This document shows positions 18,944 to 27,574 of a stretch of DNA of 64,000 nucleotides, piece after piece. The DNA is from a virus: the IMG/VR virus record IMGVR_UViG_3300042563_002443; one strand, given 5' to 3'. The notes under the pieces are model-generated. The model saw nothing but the letters and a program-made list of their open reading frames with translations, made no database searches and was not told where the DNA came from. Both the position numbers and the translations under genes were made by a program. Every line of letters starts with the position of its first letter. The first letter of the stretch is position 1.

Positions 18944-20266
18944 ATGATAGTGGACTCAGAATCGGAATTGAATACATTATTCACATACATAAAAGGACGA
19001 AAAACTTTGCTAGTTCCAATATTAGCAGATCCACTTCTCCATGCCGCTGTGAATAAAGTAACATGTATATATGTATACACTGAAGATGCAATAGAACGCA
19101 TTGTGCCTATTCAACATACTGAACAGCTAAGGGGCTTTACTGAACATCTACAACAATTCATGGATCTGACTGATATCTTTGTATATGACAAAAAACAATG
19201 GCTTCAAATAGGAGGAAACAATGCTGTATGGGATGTTAAAACATTGTGGTGGTACACATATAATGAAGCATATGACGAAACTCATTATTATACACCAGCA
19301 CATCAATTTTATTGGAGACGGCACACCGCACTTCCAAATATAAATGCACTTATTCCAATAATGCAACATTTGGCAATGTGTCAAAAAATTAGAAAATATG
19401 CTTGGCCAATGTGTGTGAATTCAAAATTAACTCAATCATATTTGCAATTCAATTCAACATACCCGGAAACATTTGCAGCAATTGAGCGTAATGGATTACA
19501 AGTTAATGAAACATTTAAAATGCCTGAACTAGTTAAAGATAATCTGGTTTATTCGCAGTACAATTATTATACAATGACAGGTCGTCCTAGCAATGCATAT
19601 CGAGGATTTAACTTTGCTGCAATGAACAAAGAAGATGGCACAAGAACAGCCTTTTGTAGCAGGTTTGAAAATGGAGCATTAGTTGAAATGGATTTTGATT
19701 CATATCATGTTAGATTGATTGCTCGATTGATTGGGTATGATTTGCCGACATCATCAATACATGATTATTTAGGCCGATTTTATTTTGGTGTAACCGAACT
19801 AACTGAAGAACAACGTGCGGAAAGCAAACAAATAACATTTCGATTGCTGTATGGAGGCATTGACTCAGAATTTTTATCAATTCCATTTTTTGAAAAGGTA
19901 AATGCATTTGTATATGATCTTTGGGCTAAATGGAAAGCAAAAGGACGCATTGACACGCCCATATTGAAACGACCTATTACCAAGGATATGGTAAAAAATA
20001 TGACTGCAAACAAATTGTTTAATTACTATTTGCAAGCCGTTGAAACAGAAGTATCAGTTCAAAAAATACAACAAGTACAATCATTATTAAAGACCCATGA
20101 AACGGTTATAATTTTATATACGTATGACAGTATTTTATTTGATGTGCCAGTAACTGAAGCAAAAGCGTTATTGCCTCAAATCAAACACGTGTTAGAACAA
20201 GGCAACTTTCCCACGAAAGTGAAGTGTGGGAATATTTATAATAAATTAAACACAATATCTTTATGA
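18944..20266 (+). CDS. Divergent family A DNA polymerase (PolA-like polymerase domain)
   Basis: TMTGRPSN; motif A EMDFDSYHVRL, motif B SKQITFRLLYGG, motif C YTYDSILFD. Confidence 0.75.
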   Translation: MIVDSESELNTLFTYIKGRKTLLVPILADPLLHAAVNKVTCIYVYTEDAIERIVPIQHTEQLRGFTEHLQQFMDLTDIFVYDKKQWLQIGGNNAVWDVKTLWWYTYNEAYDETHYYTPAHQFYWRRHTALPNINALIPIMQHLAMCQKIRKYAWPMCVNSKLTQSYLQFNSTYPETFAAIERNGLQVNETFKMPELVKDNLVYSQYNYYTMTGRPSNAYRGFNFAAMNKEDGTRTAFCSRFENGALVEMDFDSYHVRLIARLIGYDLPTSSIHDYLGRFYFGVTELTEEQRAESKQITFRLLYGGIDSEFLSIPFFEKVNAFVYDLWAKWKAKGRIDTPILKRPITKDMVKNMTANKLFNYYLQAVETEVSVQKIQQVQSLLKTHETVIILYTYDSILFDVPVTEAKALLPQIKHVLEQGNFPTKVKCGNIYNKLNTISL

Positions 20267-21474
20267 ACATTGATTCAATATTAACAGAATGGAGTTACAG
20301 ATTACCTAGCGGGTATCCAACTCGCGCACAAGATTATGAAGTATTATATGATGTTTTAATTGAAACTGCAAAAATAACACCTACCGAAGCCCGGCAAATT
20401 GTAGAACGAGCAAAAGGCACTGTTATTAATTCTATTAATGAAGCAATCAAAATAGATTCTATAGAAAATCAACTTTTACTAAAAGCAGTAAGTGATGTTA
20501 ATAAAGTTGAAGATTTAACAAAATTTTTAAGTTTGTTACCGTTAGAAGCCGAAATGGTAACTTTACAATTTTTAAATAATTTATCAAATGAACAATCGCA
20601 ACAATTTGCAAATTTATTATATTCTGAAACTGAGGTTAGTGAAGAATTATTAAATTCATTTAATTTTAAATCAGGAATATACGGCGAAATATTTCGATTA
20701 CATAAACCTGGCTTAGGAAAAGGTGAAATACTTTTAGCAACACTTGTTCGAGATTCATATATACAAGGCGGCACCGTCTCATATGATTTAAATGTTAATG
20801 GTAAAAAGTATGAAGTAAAAGATTACAGTAATCCAGATAAACCTAATGCATCAATTCGTTTAGGAACAAAAGGTACAGTAACAAGATTCCGATTTTGGGA
20901 TGAAATTACAACAACATTTCAACGATTATCACAATTGCGAGGTATAGATACACCTAAATTTGATTTAGATAAACTATTGCCAGAACCATTATTAAATGCA
21001 ATTTACTATTTAGAACGCCGAAGAGATGTTATTCTTGCCGGAAATTTAGGTATAAAAGATAAGCAATATTTAGAACAATTTTATCAAGAAGCAAATAAAT
21101 TACAATCTGAAATTAAAGGTTATACCAATGTAATTTTAAGAGGTCCAAATGCAATTCCAATTGAAATGTCAATTGAACCTATTAGTGATGCTAATGGCGA
21201 CTCTTTTGTAATTCGCCCTATACGAGATACAAGTCAAAATTTAACATATGTTAATACAGAATTACGACGATTAAAATATGTTAGAAATCCATTAGATTTA
21301 AATAAAGATATGCAAGAAGCAGTTACAACTATTATCAACGATGTAACGTTTATCATATTCCGTAGAGATCGTACAAACGTAACACAAGATGTCCGCTATG
21401 CAGCAACTGATGCCGGCAAGATACGTATTATAGAAAAAGATATAACTCCATCAACAGACGAATTTGAAGTATAA
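20263..21474 (+). CDS. Hypothetical protein with a putative PD-(D/E)xK nuclease-like motif
   Basis: GKGEILL...SYDLNVNGKKYEVKDY. ATATTTATA at 20232 lies inside the upstream gene. N-terminus MNIDSILTE. Confidence 0.5.
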   Translation: MNIDSILTEWSYRLPSGYPTRAQDYEVLYDVLIETAKITPTEARQIVERAKGTVINSINEAIKIDSIENQLLLKAVSDVNKVEDLTKFLSLLPLEAEMVTLQFLNNLSNEQSQQFANLLYSETEVSEELLNSFNFKSGIYGEIFRLHKPGLGKGEILLATLVRDSYIQGGTVSYDLNVNGKKYEVKDYSNPDKPNASIRLGTKGTVTRFRFWDEITTTFQRLSQLRGIDTPKFDLDKLLPEPLLNAIYYLERRRDVILAGNLGIKDKQYLEQFYQEANKLQSEIKGYTNVILRGPNAIPIEMSIEPISDANGDSFVIRPIRDTSQNLTYVNTELRRLKYVRNPLDLNKDMQEAVTTIINDVTFIIFRRDRTNVTQDVRYAATDAGKIRIIEKDITPSTDEFEV

Positions 21475-21483
21475 GGACATGAA

Positions 21484-21867
21484 TTGAAAACACAATTACT
21501 TTGCACATTTGCACATAGATCAGACTTAAACATTGTATCAGATTACATACAACAAAGCTACGTCATACCAGAACAACGAATATTTGTGTTTGCAAATGCT
21601 GATGCTGGAGATAATTTGTATTGTACATATAATGCAGATGCAGGAACACGCAGAGGTCAAAATACAATAAGCATTCATCGTAAAAAAGAAACCAATACAC
21701 TGTATACTGTTAATGCACTCAATCAAATTATAAAGGCAGTTAATAACGGCGTAATAGACAAAACATTTCAACTCGATTGGAGCATTTATCAAAATTCATT
21801 TATACTTACAGACGAGGCAGGATATCGAGTGATTGATTTGATATTCTTCAAGAAAATAACGTGGTAA
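21484..21867 (+). CDS. Phage hypothetical protein
   Basis: 127 aa, TTG start after AAGGA; QLLCTF...TISIHRKKETNTLYTVNALN. Confidence 0.65.
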   Translation: MKTQLLCTFAHRSDLNIVSDYIQQSYVIPEQRIFVFANADAGDNLYCTYNADAGTRRGQNTISIHRKKETNTLYTVNALNQIIKAVNNGVIDKTFQLDWSIYQNSFILTDEAGYRVIDLIFFKKITW

Positions 21868-21891
21868 CAATATTTATATATAAAAAACATC

Positions 21892-22323
21892 ATGATAAAA
21901 CTAAAAGATTTATACACAAAAAATTTAACAGAGGCAGAAATGCCAGATACAGAAAAACTTGGTAGAAACAATCCTGATTGGATTAATTTGGTTTCTAAAT
22001 TAAAAACTCTTTCTTATTCACCAAGAATATTAACATTTATGGACTTTGATGGTATCCCATCTCAAAGTTTGAATTGGGGAACTACTAAATCTGCTCGAGG
22101 TAAATACGGGTTTGCACTTGCATCAACCTCTCCAAACTTACCTAAAGAACGTATGGATTTATTTAACACTGAAGATAAAGAAAATCAAATAGAGATGATC
22201 AATTGGTGGAAAAGCCGCGGATATCAAATAGATAATAGATCTGAAATTTCAATAAACTTTAAAGATGCAAACAACTTAAGAAATGATATTGAATCATTTT
22301 TTAAAATTTATCCGCCAGAATAG
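21892..22323 (+). CDS. Leader-family protein (MIKLKDLYTKNLTE), unknown payload
   Basis: ATATTTATA at 21870; leader shared with 22331, 29654, 36898 and 43873. Confidence 0.65.
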   Translation: MIKLKDLYTKNLTEAEMPDTEKLGRNNPDWINLVSKLKTLSYSPRILTFMDFDGIPSQSLNWGTTKSARGKYGFALASTSPNLPKERMDLFNTEDKENQIEMINWWKSRGYQIDNRSEISINFKDANNLRNDIESFFKIYPPE

Positions 22324-22330
22324 GAACATC

Positions 22331-22990
22331 ATGATAAAATTAAAAACATTATTAGATGAATCATTTGGTGGCATGCTAGCAGCTGCAATTAGAGCAAACA
22401 ACGCAATAACGCCACATAAAAACAAATTTAAAGTTGATCCTAAACAGGTAAAAGTTGGCGATGAATTAGAGTGGTATGGCAAGGATAAAGATCCTAGAGT
22501 AACTGGTACAATTTCAAAGATTGACTCTAAAGGCATAGAGATTACTAATCTTAAGGCAGTAGGTACTAAGAAGATGGATTATGGCCTTAAAGGAGTCACA
22601 ATCAACGCTAATACAAAGTATTTTTATTTTGGTTCCTACAACAAAATGTTAAATCATTGGAAACTTAAAGACTCACAAGATACAGATCAAAACAATAATG
22701 GTTATCCAGATTCAACGGAAGGATCCTCAAATAATGAATTTACAGCATTGTTATCATCGTTAGAGTCTGATTTAAAGGCATATAATGGTGAAGAAATAAC
22801 ATATGAAGACGATGACGAAACAATGGAAATAACTGTAAGCATTTATCCAAGTGAACTCAAAAAAGAAATTGTCCAAGCCATTAACGTTATACTAAAAAAA
22901 CATCCATTATTTGAGATAGACAAAGACACTATTGATCGATATCGAGATGAAGACGGCGTTACTTTAACATTTGATATCATTAAAAAATAA
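22331..22990 (+). CDS. Leader-family protein (MIKLKTLLDE) with an SH3/KOW-like segment and a DQNNNGYPD motif
   Basis: True start is probably the ATG at 22331: context AACATCATGATAAAA is identical to that of 21892. The ORF track gives 22283. Confidence 0.65.
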   Translation: MIKLKTLLDESFGGMLAAAIRANNAITPHKNKFKVDPKQVKVGDELEWYGKDKDPRVTGTISKIDSKGIEITNLKAVGTKKMDYGLKGVTINANTKYFYFGSYNKMLNHWKLKDSQDTDQNNNGYPDSTEGSSNNEFTALLSSLESDLKAYNGEEITYEDDDETMEITVSIYPSELKKEIVQAINVILKKHPLFEIDKDTIDRYRDEDGVTLTFDIIKK

Positions 22991-23090
22991 ACAAAAAAAA
23001 CTTAACCAATTACTTTGAATTAACCCATTTATTAATTATAATTAATAAGTAAACAGAATATATTATTAACAACTTAACAAAAGGCAAAAA

Positions 23091-23852
23091 ATGGCTTTAA
23101 ATTTAGACGCTATCAAAGCGAAGCTCAACCAGCTGAATAAGCAGGATGACAAAAAACAAAATTTGTGGAAACCTGAAACAGGCAAAACTCGTATTAGGAT
23201 CGTTCCTTATATACACCGCAAAGACAATCCGTTCTTAGAATTGTATTTTCATTATGACATTAGCAAAAGATCTATGCTATCTCCGATTTCATTCGGTAAT
23301 GCAGATCCAATTGTAGAGTTTGCAGAAAAACTAAAAAAGACGGGTGACAAAGACGAATGGTTAATGGGTCGCAAGATTGAACCAAAAATGCGTACATATG
23401 TTCCCGTAATTGTTCGTGGTAAAGAATCCGAAGGAGTTAAATTTTGGGGATTCGGCAAACAAATTTACACGGAATTATTAAGCATTGTTTCAGATCCAGA
23501 TTATGGTGACATTACAGACTTGATGAATGGACGTGATATTGATGTTGAATTTACTCCAGCAGAAGGTGCAAATTTTCCAAAAACAACAATTCGTGTTAAG
23601 CCTGCAACTAGTGCAGCAACGGAAGACAAAGAAATTGCAACAAAAATCATGACTCAACCAGAGATTACAGATTTATTTCCTGAACCAACTTATGAAGAAC
23701 TAGAAACAGCTCTTAAAGAATGGATGAATCCTGAAAATGCAGACGCAGATGTTGATTCTGAAGAAGCACCAGCAACTCCAACTAAAACCGCAAAACCAAT
23801 TGCTGGTAAAGTAGAGGATGTTGCATCAGCATTTAACGATCTATTTAATTAA
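23091..23852 (+). CDS. Single-stranded DNA-binding protein (T4 gp32-like)
   Basis: LWKP..GKTRIRIVP, ELYFHY, GVKFWGFGK, DYGDITD...GRDI; acidic tail ending FNDLFN; adjacent to RecA. Confidence 0.85.
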   Translation: MALNLDAIKAKLNQLNKQDDKKQNLWKPETGKTRIRIVPYIHRKDNPFLELYFHYDISKRSMLSPISFGNADPIVEFAEKLKKTGDKDEWLMGRKIEPKMRTYVPVIVRGKESEGVKFWGFGKQIYTELLSIVSDPDYGDITDLMNGRDIDVEFTPAEGANFPKTTIRVKPATSAATEDKEIATKIMTQPEITDLFPEPTYEELETALKEWMNPENADADVDSEEAPATPTKTAKPIAGKVEDVASAFNDLFN

Positions 23853-23862
23853 GGAGTAACAA

Positions 23863-25026
23863 ATGGCAAAGAGCAAAAGCAAGTCAGAACTGGAAGACAG
23901 TTTAGCAAATACCCTAGCAGAAAGCATTAACAAGCAATTTAAAGGGCAGGCATTAAAAACTGCATTCTTTTTAGATGGTGATGATGATTCACCCAGCAAT
24001 GTTAAAGAATGGATATCATCGGGATGCTCAATGCTCGATTTAGCAATTTCAAACCGTCCATATGGTGGATTTCCTGTTGGACGGATTACTGAAATTACCG
24101 GATTAGAAGCATCTGGTAAATCATTATTAGCAGCACACACTTTAGCAGAAACGCAAAAGAAAGGTGGATTGGCTGTATATATTGATACTGAGTCGGCTAC
24201 TAGTTCCGAATTTTTATCAGCAATTGGTGTTGATTTAAAAACCATGTTGTATGTTCCATTAGAAACAATTGAAGAAATATTTGAAACCATTGAAACAATT
24301 GTTGAAGGTGTACGCAAATCAGACAAAGACCGTTTAGTTACAATTGTAGTAGACTCAATTATGGGTGCATCCACAAAAATTGAAATGTCAGCTGAATATG
24401 ATAAAGATGGATATGCAACCAGCAAATCTATTATTTTATCAAAGGCAATGCGTAAAGTTACCAATTGGATTGCACGTGAACGAATTTGTTTGATATTTAC
24501 CAATCAATTACGTGTCAAAATGGGCGTATCATTTGGTGATGCTTGGACAACGTCGGGTGGTAAAGCAATTCCATTCCATGCATCGGTTCGTCTTCGTCTT
24601 AAAAATACGGGGCAAATCAAAGCAAAGGTAAATGGAGCTGAACAAATTGTAGGAAGCAAAACAAATGTGCAAGTAGTTAAAAACCGAATGGGGCCTCCAC
24701 ATCGTAAAATAGATTATGAAATTTATTATGATAGTGGAATTGATAATTGGGGCGGATGGCTAGGCGTAATGAAAACATTTGATATAGTTGCACAATCAGG
24801 TGCATGGTATACAATGCAAGATGTAGATCATGAAACTGGAGAAACCTTTGGAGACGTTAAATTCCAAAGCAAAGATTTCATTGAAAAGGTAATCAACAAC
24901 CCGGAAATGAAAGACAGGTTATATAAAAGAATTTGCGATGCTTACATATTCAAATATCAAGCAGGTGTCGATGGTGGAATTGATGATGTTATCATTGTCA
25001 ATGAAGTAATTGATGAAGAAGGATAA
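23863..25026 (+). CDS. recA: RecA/UvsX recombinase
   Basis: GRITEITGLEASGKS Walker A, YIDTE, IVVDS, FTNQLR, TTSGGKAIPFHASVRL, KNRMGPP. Confidence 0.95.
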   Translation: MAKSKSKSELEDSLANTLAESINKQFKGQALKTAFFLDGDDDSPSNVKEWISSGCSMLDLAISNRPYGGFPVGRITEITGLEASGKSLLAAHTLAETQKKGGLAVYIDTESATSSEFLSAIGVDLKTMLYVPLETIEEIFETIETIVEGVRKSDKDRLVTIVVDSIMGASTKIEMSAEYDKDGYATSKSIILSKAMRKVTNWIARERICLIFTNQLRVKMGVSFGDAWTTSGGKAIPFHASVRLRLKNTGQIKAKVNGAEQIVGSKTNVQVVKNRMGPPHRKIDYEIYYDSGIDNWGGWLGVMKTFDIVAQSGAWYTMQDVDHETGETFGDVKFQSKDFIEKVINNPEMKDRLYKRICDAYIFKYQAGVDGGIDDVIIVNEVIDEEG

Positions 25027-26090
25027 TGAACAAGTTTCAAAAATTATTTAACGAGTTACAACAAGAAAGAAGTTTAGGTCCATCAAACGTCAATGATCAT
25101 CTCATGGTGTTTGATGGCTTAAACACCTTTATAAGAAGTTTTGGTGCTACTCCGGCATATAACGAAGATGGTGATCACGTAGGTGGTATTTCCGGATTCT
25201 TGTATTCAGTCGGCAAAACAATCAGAGACTTTAAACCTACTCGATGCATCATTGTGTTTGATGGTCGAGGCGGCTCGGCAAAAAGAAAACGAATTTATAA
25301 AGATTATAAAGGGAACCGAGCAAACAAAACCAAGTTGCGCAGACACGATCATCATGAGTCAACATTGGAACAAGAACAAGAATCAATGCGACATCAATTT
25401 AGTCGATTGATTTCATATCTAGATAATTTGCCTGTTACATTCATTTCAATGGATGGAATTGAAGCAGATGATACAATTGCATATATTGCTCAAATGTATG
25501 AAGACACTTGCAAAAAAATGACAATTGTTTCTACGGATAGAGATTTTTATCAACTAGTAGATGATCGAATTCAAGTTTGGTCTCCAATTAAAAAGAAAAT
25601 GTATTCGGTTGATACTGTAATAGAAGAGTTTGGTGTTCATCCAAACAATATGGTTGTGTATCGATCATTTACAGGCGATGCGTCAGATAATATTCCTGGA
25701 GTTAATGGTATAGGACCAAAAACCATTTTAAAAGTAATTCCACAACTAGTAGAATCTACGGAATATACATTGGATAATTTATTTGCATTAAGCACTGAAT
25801 CAGTATCTGCAAAGTCACCTAATTACAAAACATTTACAAAAATATTAGAAAATTCACATACGCTAAAACAAAATTGTGAATTAATGAATATTAAATTGTT
25901 GGACATTCCTGCGCAGACCGCCACAAAAATACGTGGGATAATGGAACAACCAATACCTGAATTAAATAGGGCAGAATTCCAACGCATGTTTTATGAAGAT
26001 AAGCTGTGGGCAATAATGAAAAATGTTCCTGAATGGATAACTAATACCTGGTTATCGTTAAATGCATTTGCAAAACAAACGCACAAATAA
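25026..26090 (+). CDS. 5'-3' exonuclease / RNase H (T4 Rnh, FEN family)
   Basis: VFDGLNTFIR, VFDGRGG, YKGNR, EADDTIA, STDRDFYQL, GDASDNIPGVNGIGPKT. Confidence 0.9.
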   Translation: MNKFQKLFNELQQERSLGPSNVNDHLMVFDGLNTFIRSFGATPAYNEDGDHVGGISGFLYSVGKTIRDFKPTRCIIVFDGRGGSAKRKRIYKDYKGNRANKTKLRRHDHHESTLEQEQESMRHQFSRLISYLDNLPVTFISMDGIEADDTIAYIAQMYEDTCKKMTIVSTDRDFYQLVDDRIQVWSPIKKKMYSVDTVIEEFGVHPNNMVVYRSFTGDASDNIPGVNGIGPKTILKVIPQLVESTEYTLDNLFALSTESVSAKSPNYKTFTKILENSHTLKQNCELMNIKLLDIPAQTATKIRGIMEQPIPELNRAEFQRMFYEDKLWAIMKNVPEWITNTWLSLNAFAKQTHK

Positions 26091-26126
26091 ATTTGAATTT
26101 ACAGTAATTTTACTTATAATTGTTAT

Positions 26127-27482
26127 ATGACAGATAAATTATCGGACTACGGTTGGGGCTTTCAAGTTAAAGTTCTTGCTGCTATGTTTACGGATAGACT
26201 ATTTTTACAGCAAATTTCAGATATTATACGTGCTGAATATTTTGAGTCTGATGCAAACAGTTGGTTATTAGATATCATATTAACACATTTCCGAGAATAT
26301 AAAACACCGCCTAGCAAAGATGTTTTAAAAGTAAAAATAACGGAAATTGAAAATGACATATTAAAGGCAACCGTATTAGAACAATTGAAAGATGTGTTCA
26401 GATATATGGAGTCAGATGACTTGACATTTGTAAAAGATGAAATTTTAAAATTTTGCAAGAATCAGGAAATTAAACAAGCTATAATGGATTCGGTTAGTTT
26501 GTTAAAACATGGAAATTTTGACGAAATAAAAAGCAAAATTGATAGTGCCATGAAAGCTGGCGCCGATACCAATATTGGATTAGAATATGTAACGGATGTT
26601 GCTGCACGATACAATGAAGCAGCACGACATACAATAACAACCGGTTGGGATGTAATTGATGATTTGATGGATGGTGGACTAGCCCCAGGAGAATTAGGAG
26701 TTGTAATGGCACCTGCGGGAATTGGTAAATCTTGGCTTCTTATCAATATTGGAGCAAATGCAGTAAAAGACGGAAAAACAGTTATACATTATACATTGGA
26801 ACTCAATGAAAATTATGTAGGCCAACGCTATGATTCAGTATTTACAGGAATTCCAGCACAAAATTTAAAAAATTATCGAGACGACATTGAAGCAAAAATG
26901 CTAACACTTAAAGGCGATTTAATTGTAAAATATTTTCCTACCAAATCAGTAGGAGTAATGGGCTTAAAGGCTCATATAGAAAAAACAATAATGCTCGGCA
27001 AAAAACCAGATCTGGTAATTGTGGATTATGGTGATTTGCTTAAAGTTAACATTAAAAAGGACAAGCACGAAGCCTTAGAGGACTTGTACGAAGAATTACG
27101 TGGTATGGCAGGGGAATATGAAATTCCAGTATGGACCGCATCACAAGCAGGAAGAAGCGCCTTAGAAGAGGATATTATTGAAGCAGACAAAATTGCATCA
27201 TCATATGGAAAAGTAATGGTTGCTGACTTTTTAATGTCGCTTTCTAGAAAGGTAGAAGACAAAATGTCAGGAACGGGTAGAGGTCACGTTATTAAAAATA
27301 GATTTGGACCAGATGGCATAACATTGCCATGCAAAATTAATACAAATAATGGACAATTTCAATTCTTTGAACCACAAACTCAACAAGGAAAACAAACCAC
27401 ACAAATCATGAAAACAGGAGAAAACATGGTCAAGAAAAATTTAGCACAAAAGTTCAAAGATTTAGGCGGAACTTTAGGATAA
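26127..27482 (+). CDS. Replicative DNA helicase (DnaB / T4 gp41-like)
   Basis: GELGVVMAPAGIGKS Walker A, HYTLEL, IVDYGDLL, WTASQ, IKNRFGPDG. Confidence 0.92.
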   Translation: MTDKLSDYGWGFQVKVLAAMFTDRLFLQQISDIIRAEYFESDANSWLLDIILTHFREYKTPPSKDVLKVKITEIENDILKATVLEQLKDVFRYMESDDLTFVKDEILKFCKNQEIKQAIMDSVSLLKHGNFDEIKSKIDSAMKAGADTNIGLEYVTDVAARYNEAARHTITTGWDVIDDLMDGGLAPGELGVVMAPAGIGKSWLLINIGANAVKDGKTVIHYTLELNENYVGQRYDSVFTGIPAQNLKNYRDDIEAKMLTLKGDLIVKYFPTKSVGVMGLKAHIEKTIMLGKKPDLVIVDYGDLLKVNIKKDKHEALEDLYEELRGMAGEYEIPVWTASQAGRSALEEDIIEADKIASSYGKVMVADFLMSLSRKVEDKMSGTGRGHVIKNRFGPDGITLPCKINTNNGQFQFFEPQTQQGKQTTQIMKTGENMVKKNLAQKFKDLGGTLG

Positions 27483-27501
27483 AAACATATTTATATAAAA
27501 T

Positions 27502-27532
27502 GGGTTAGGAAAGTGATTTCCGCCCTTTTTTT
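27502..27532 (+). terminator. Hairpin plus T-tract between helicase and nrdJ
   Basis: GGG-TTA-GGAAA-GTGA-TTTCC-G-CCC-TTTTTTT. Confidence 0.6.
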
Positions 27533-27574
27533 ATCTAAAATCATTTACATATACAAACAAGGAGATTACGAACA

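Noticed and set aside
22283-22330. ORF-track start at 22283
   Set aside because: It overlaps the upstream gene. The ATG at 22331 has the family leader and the same start context as 21892.
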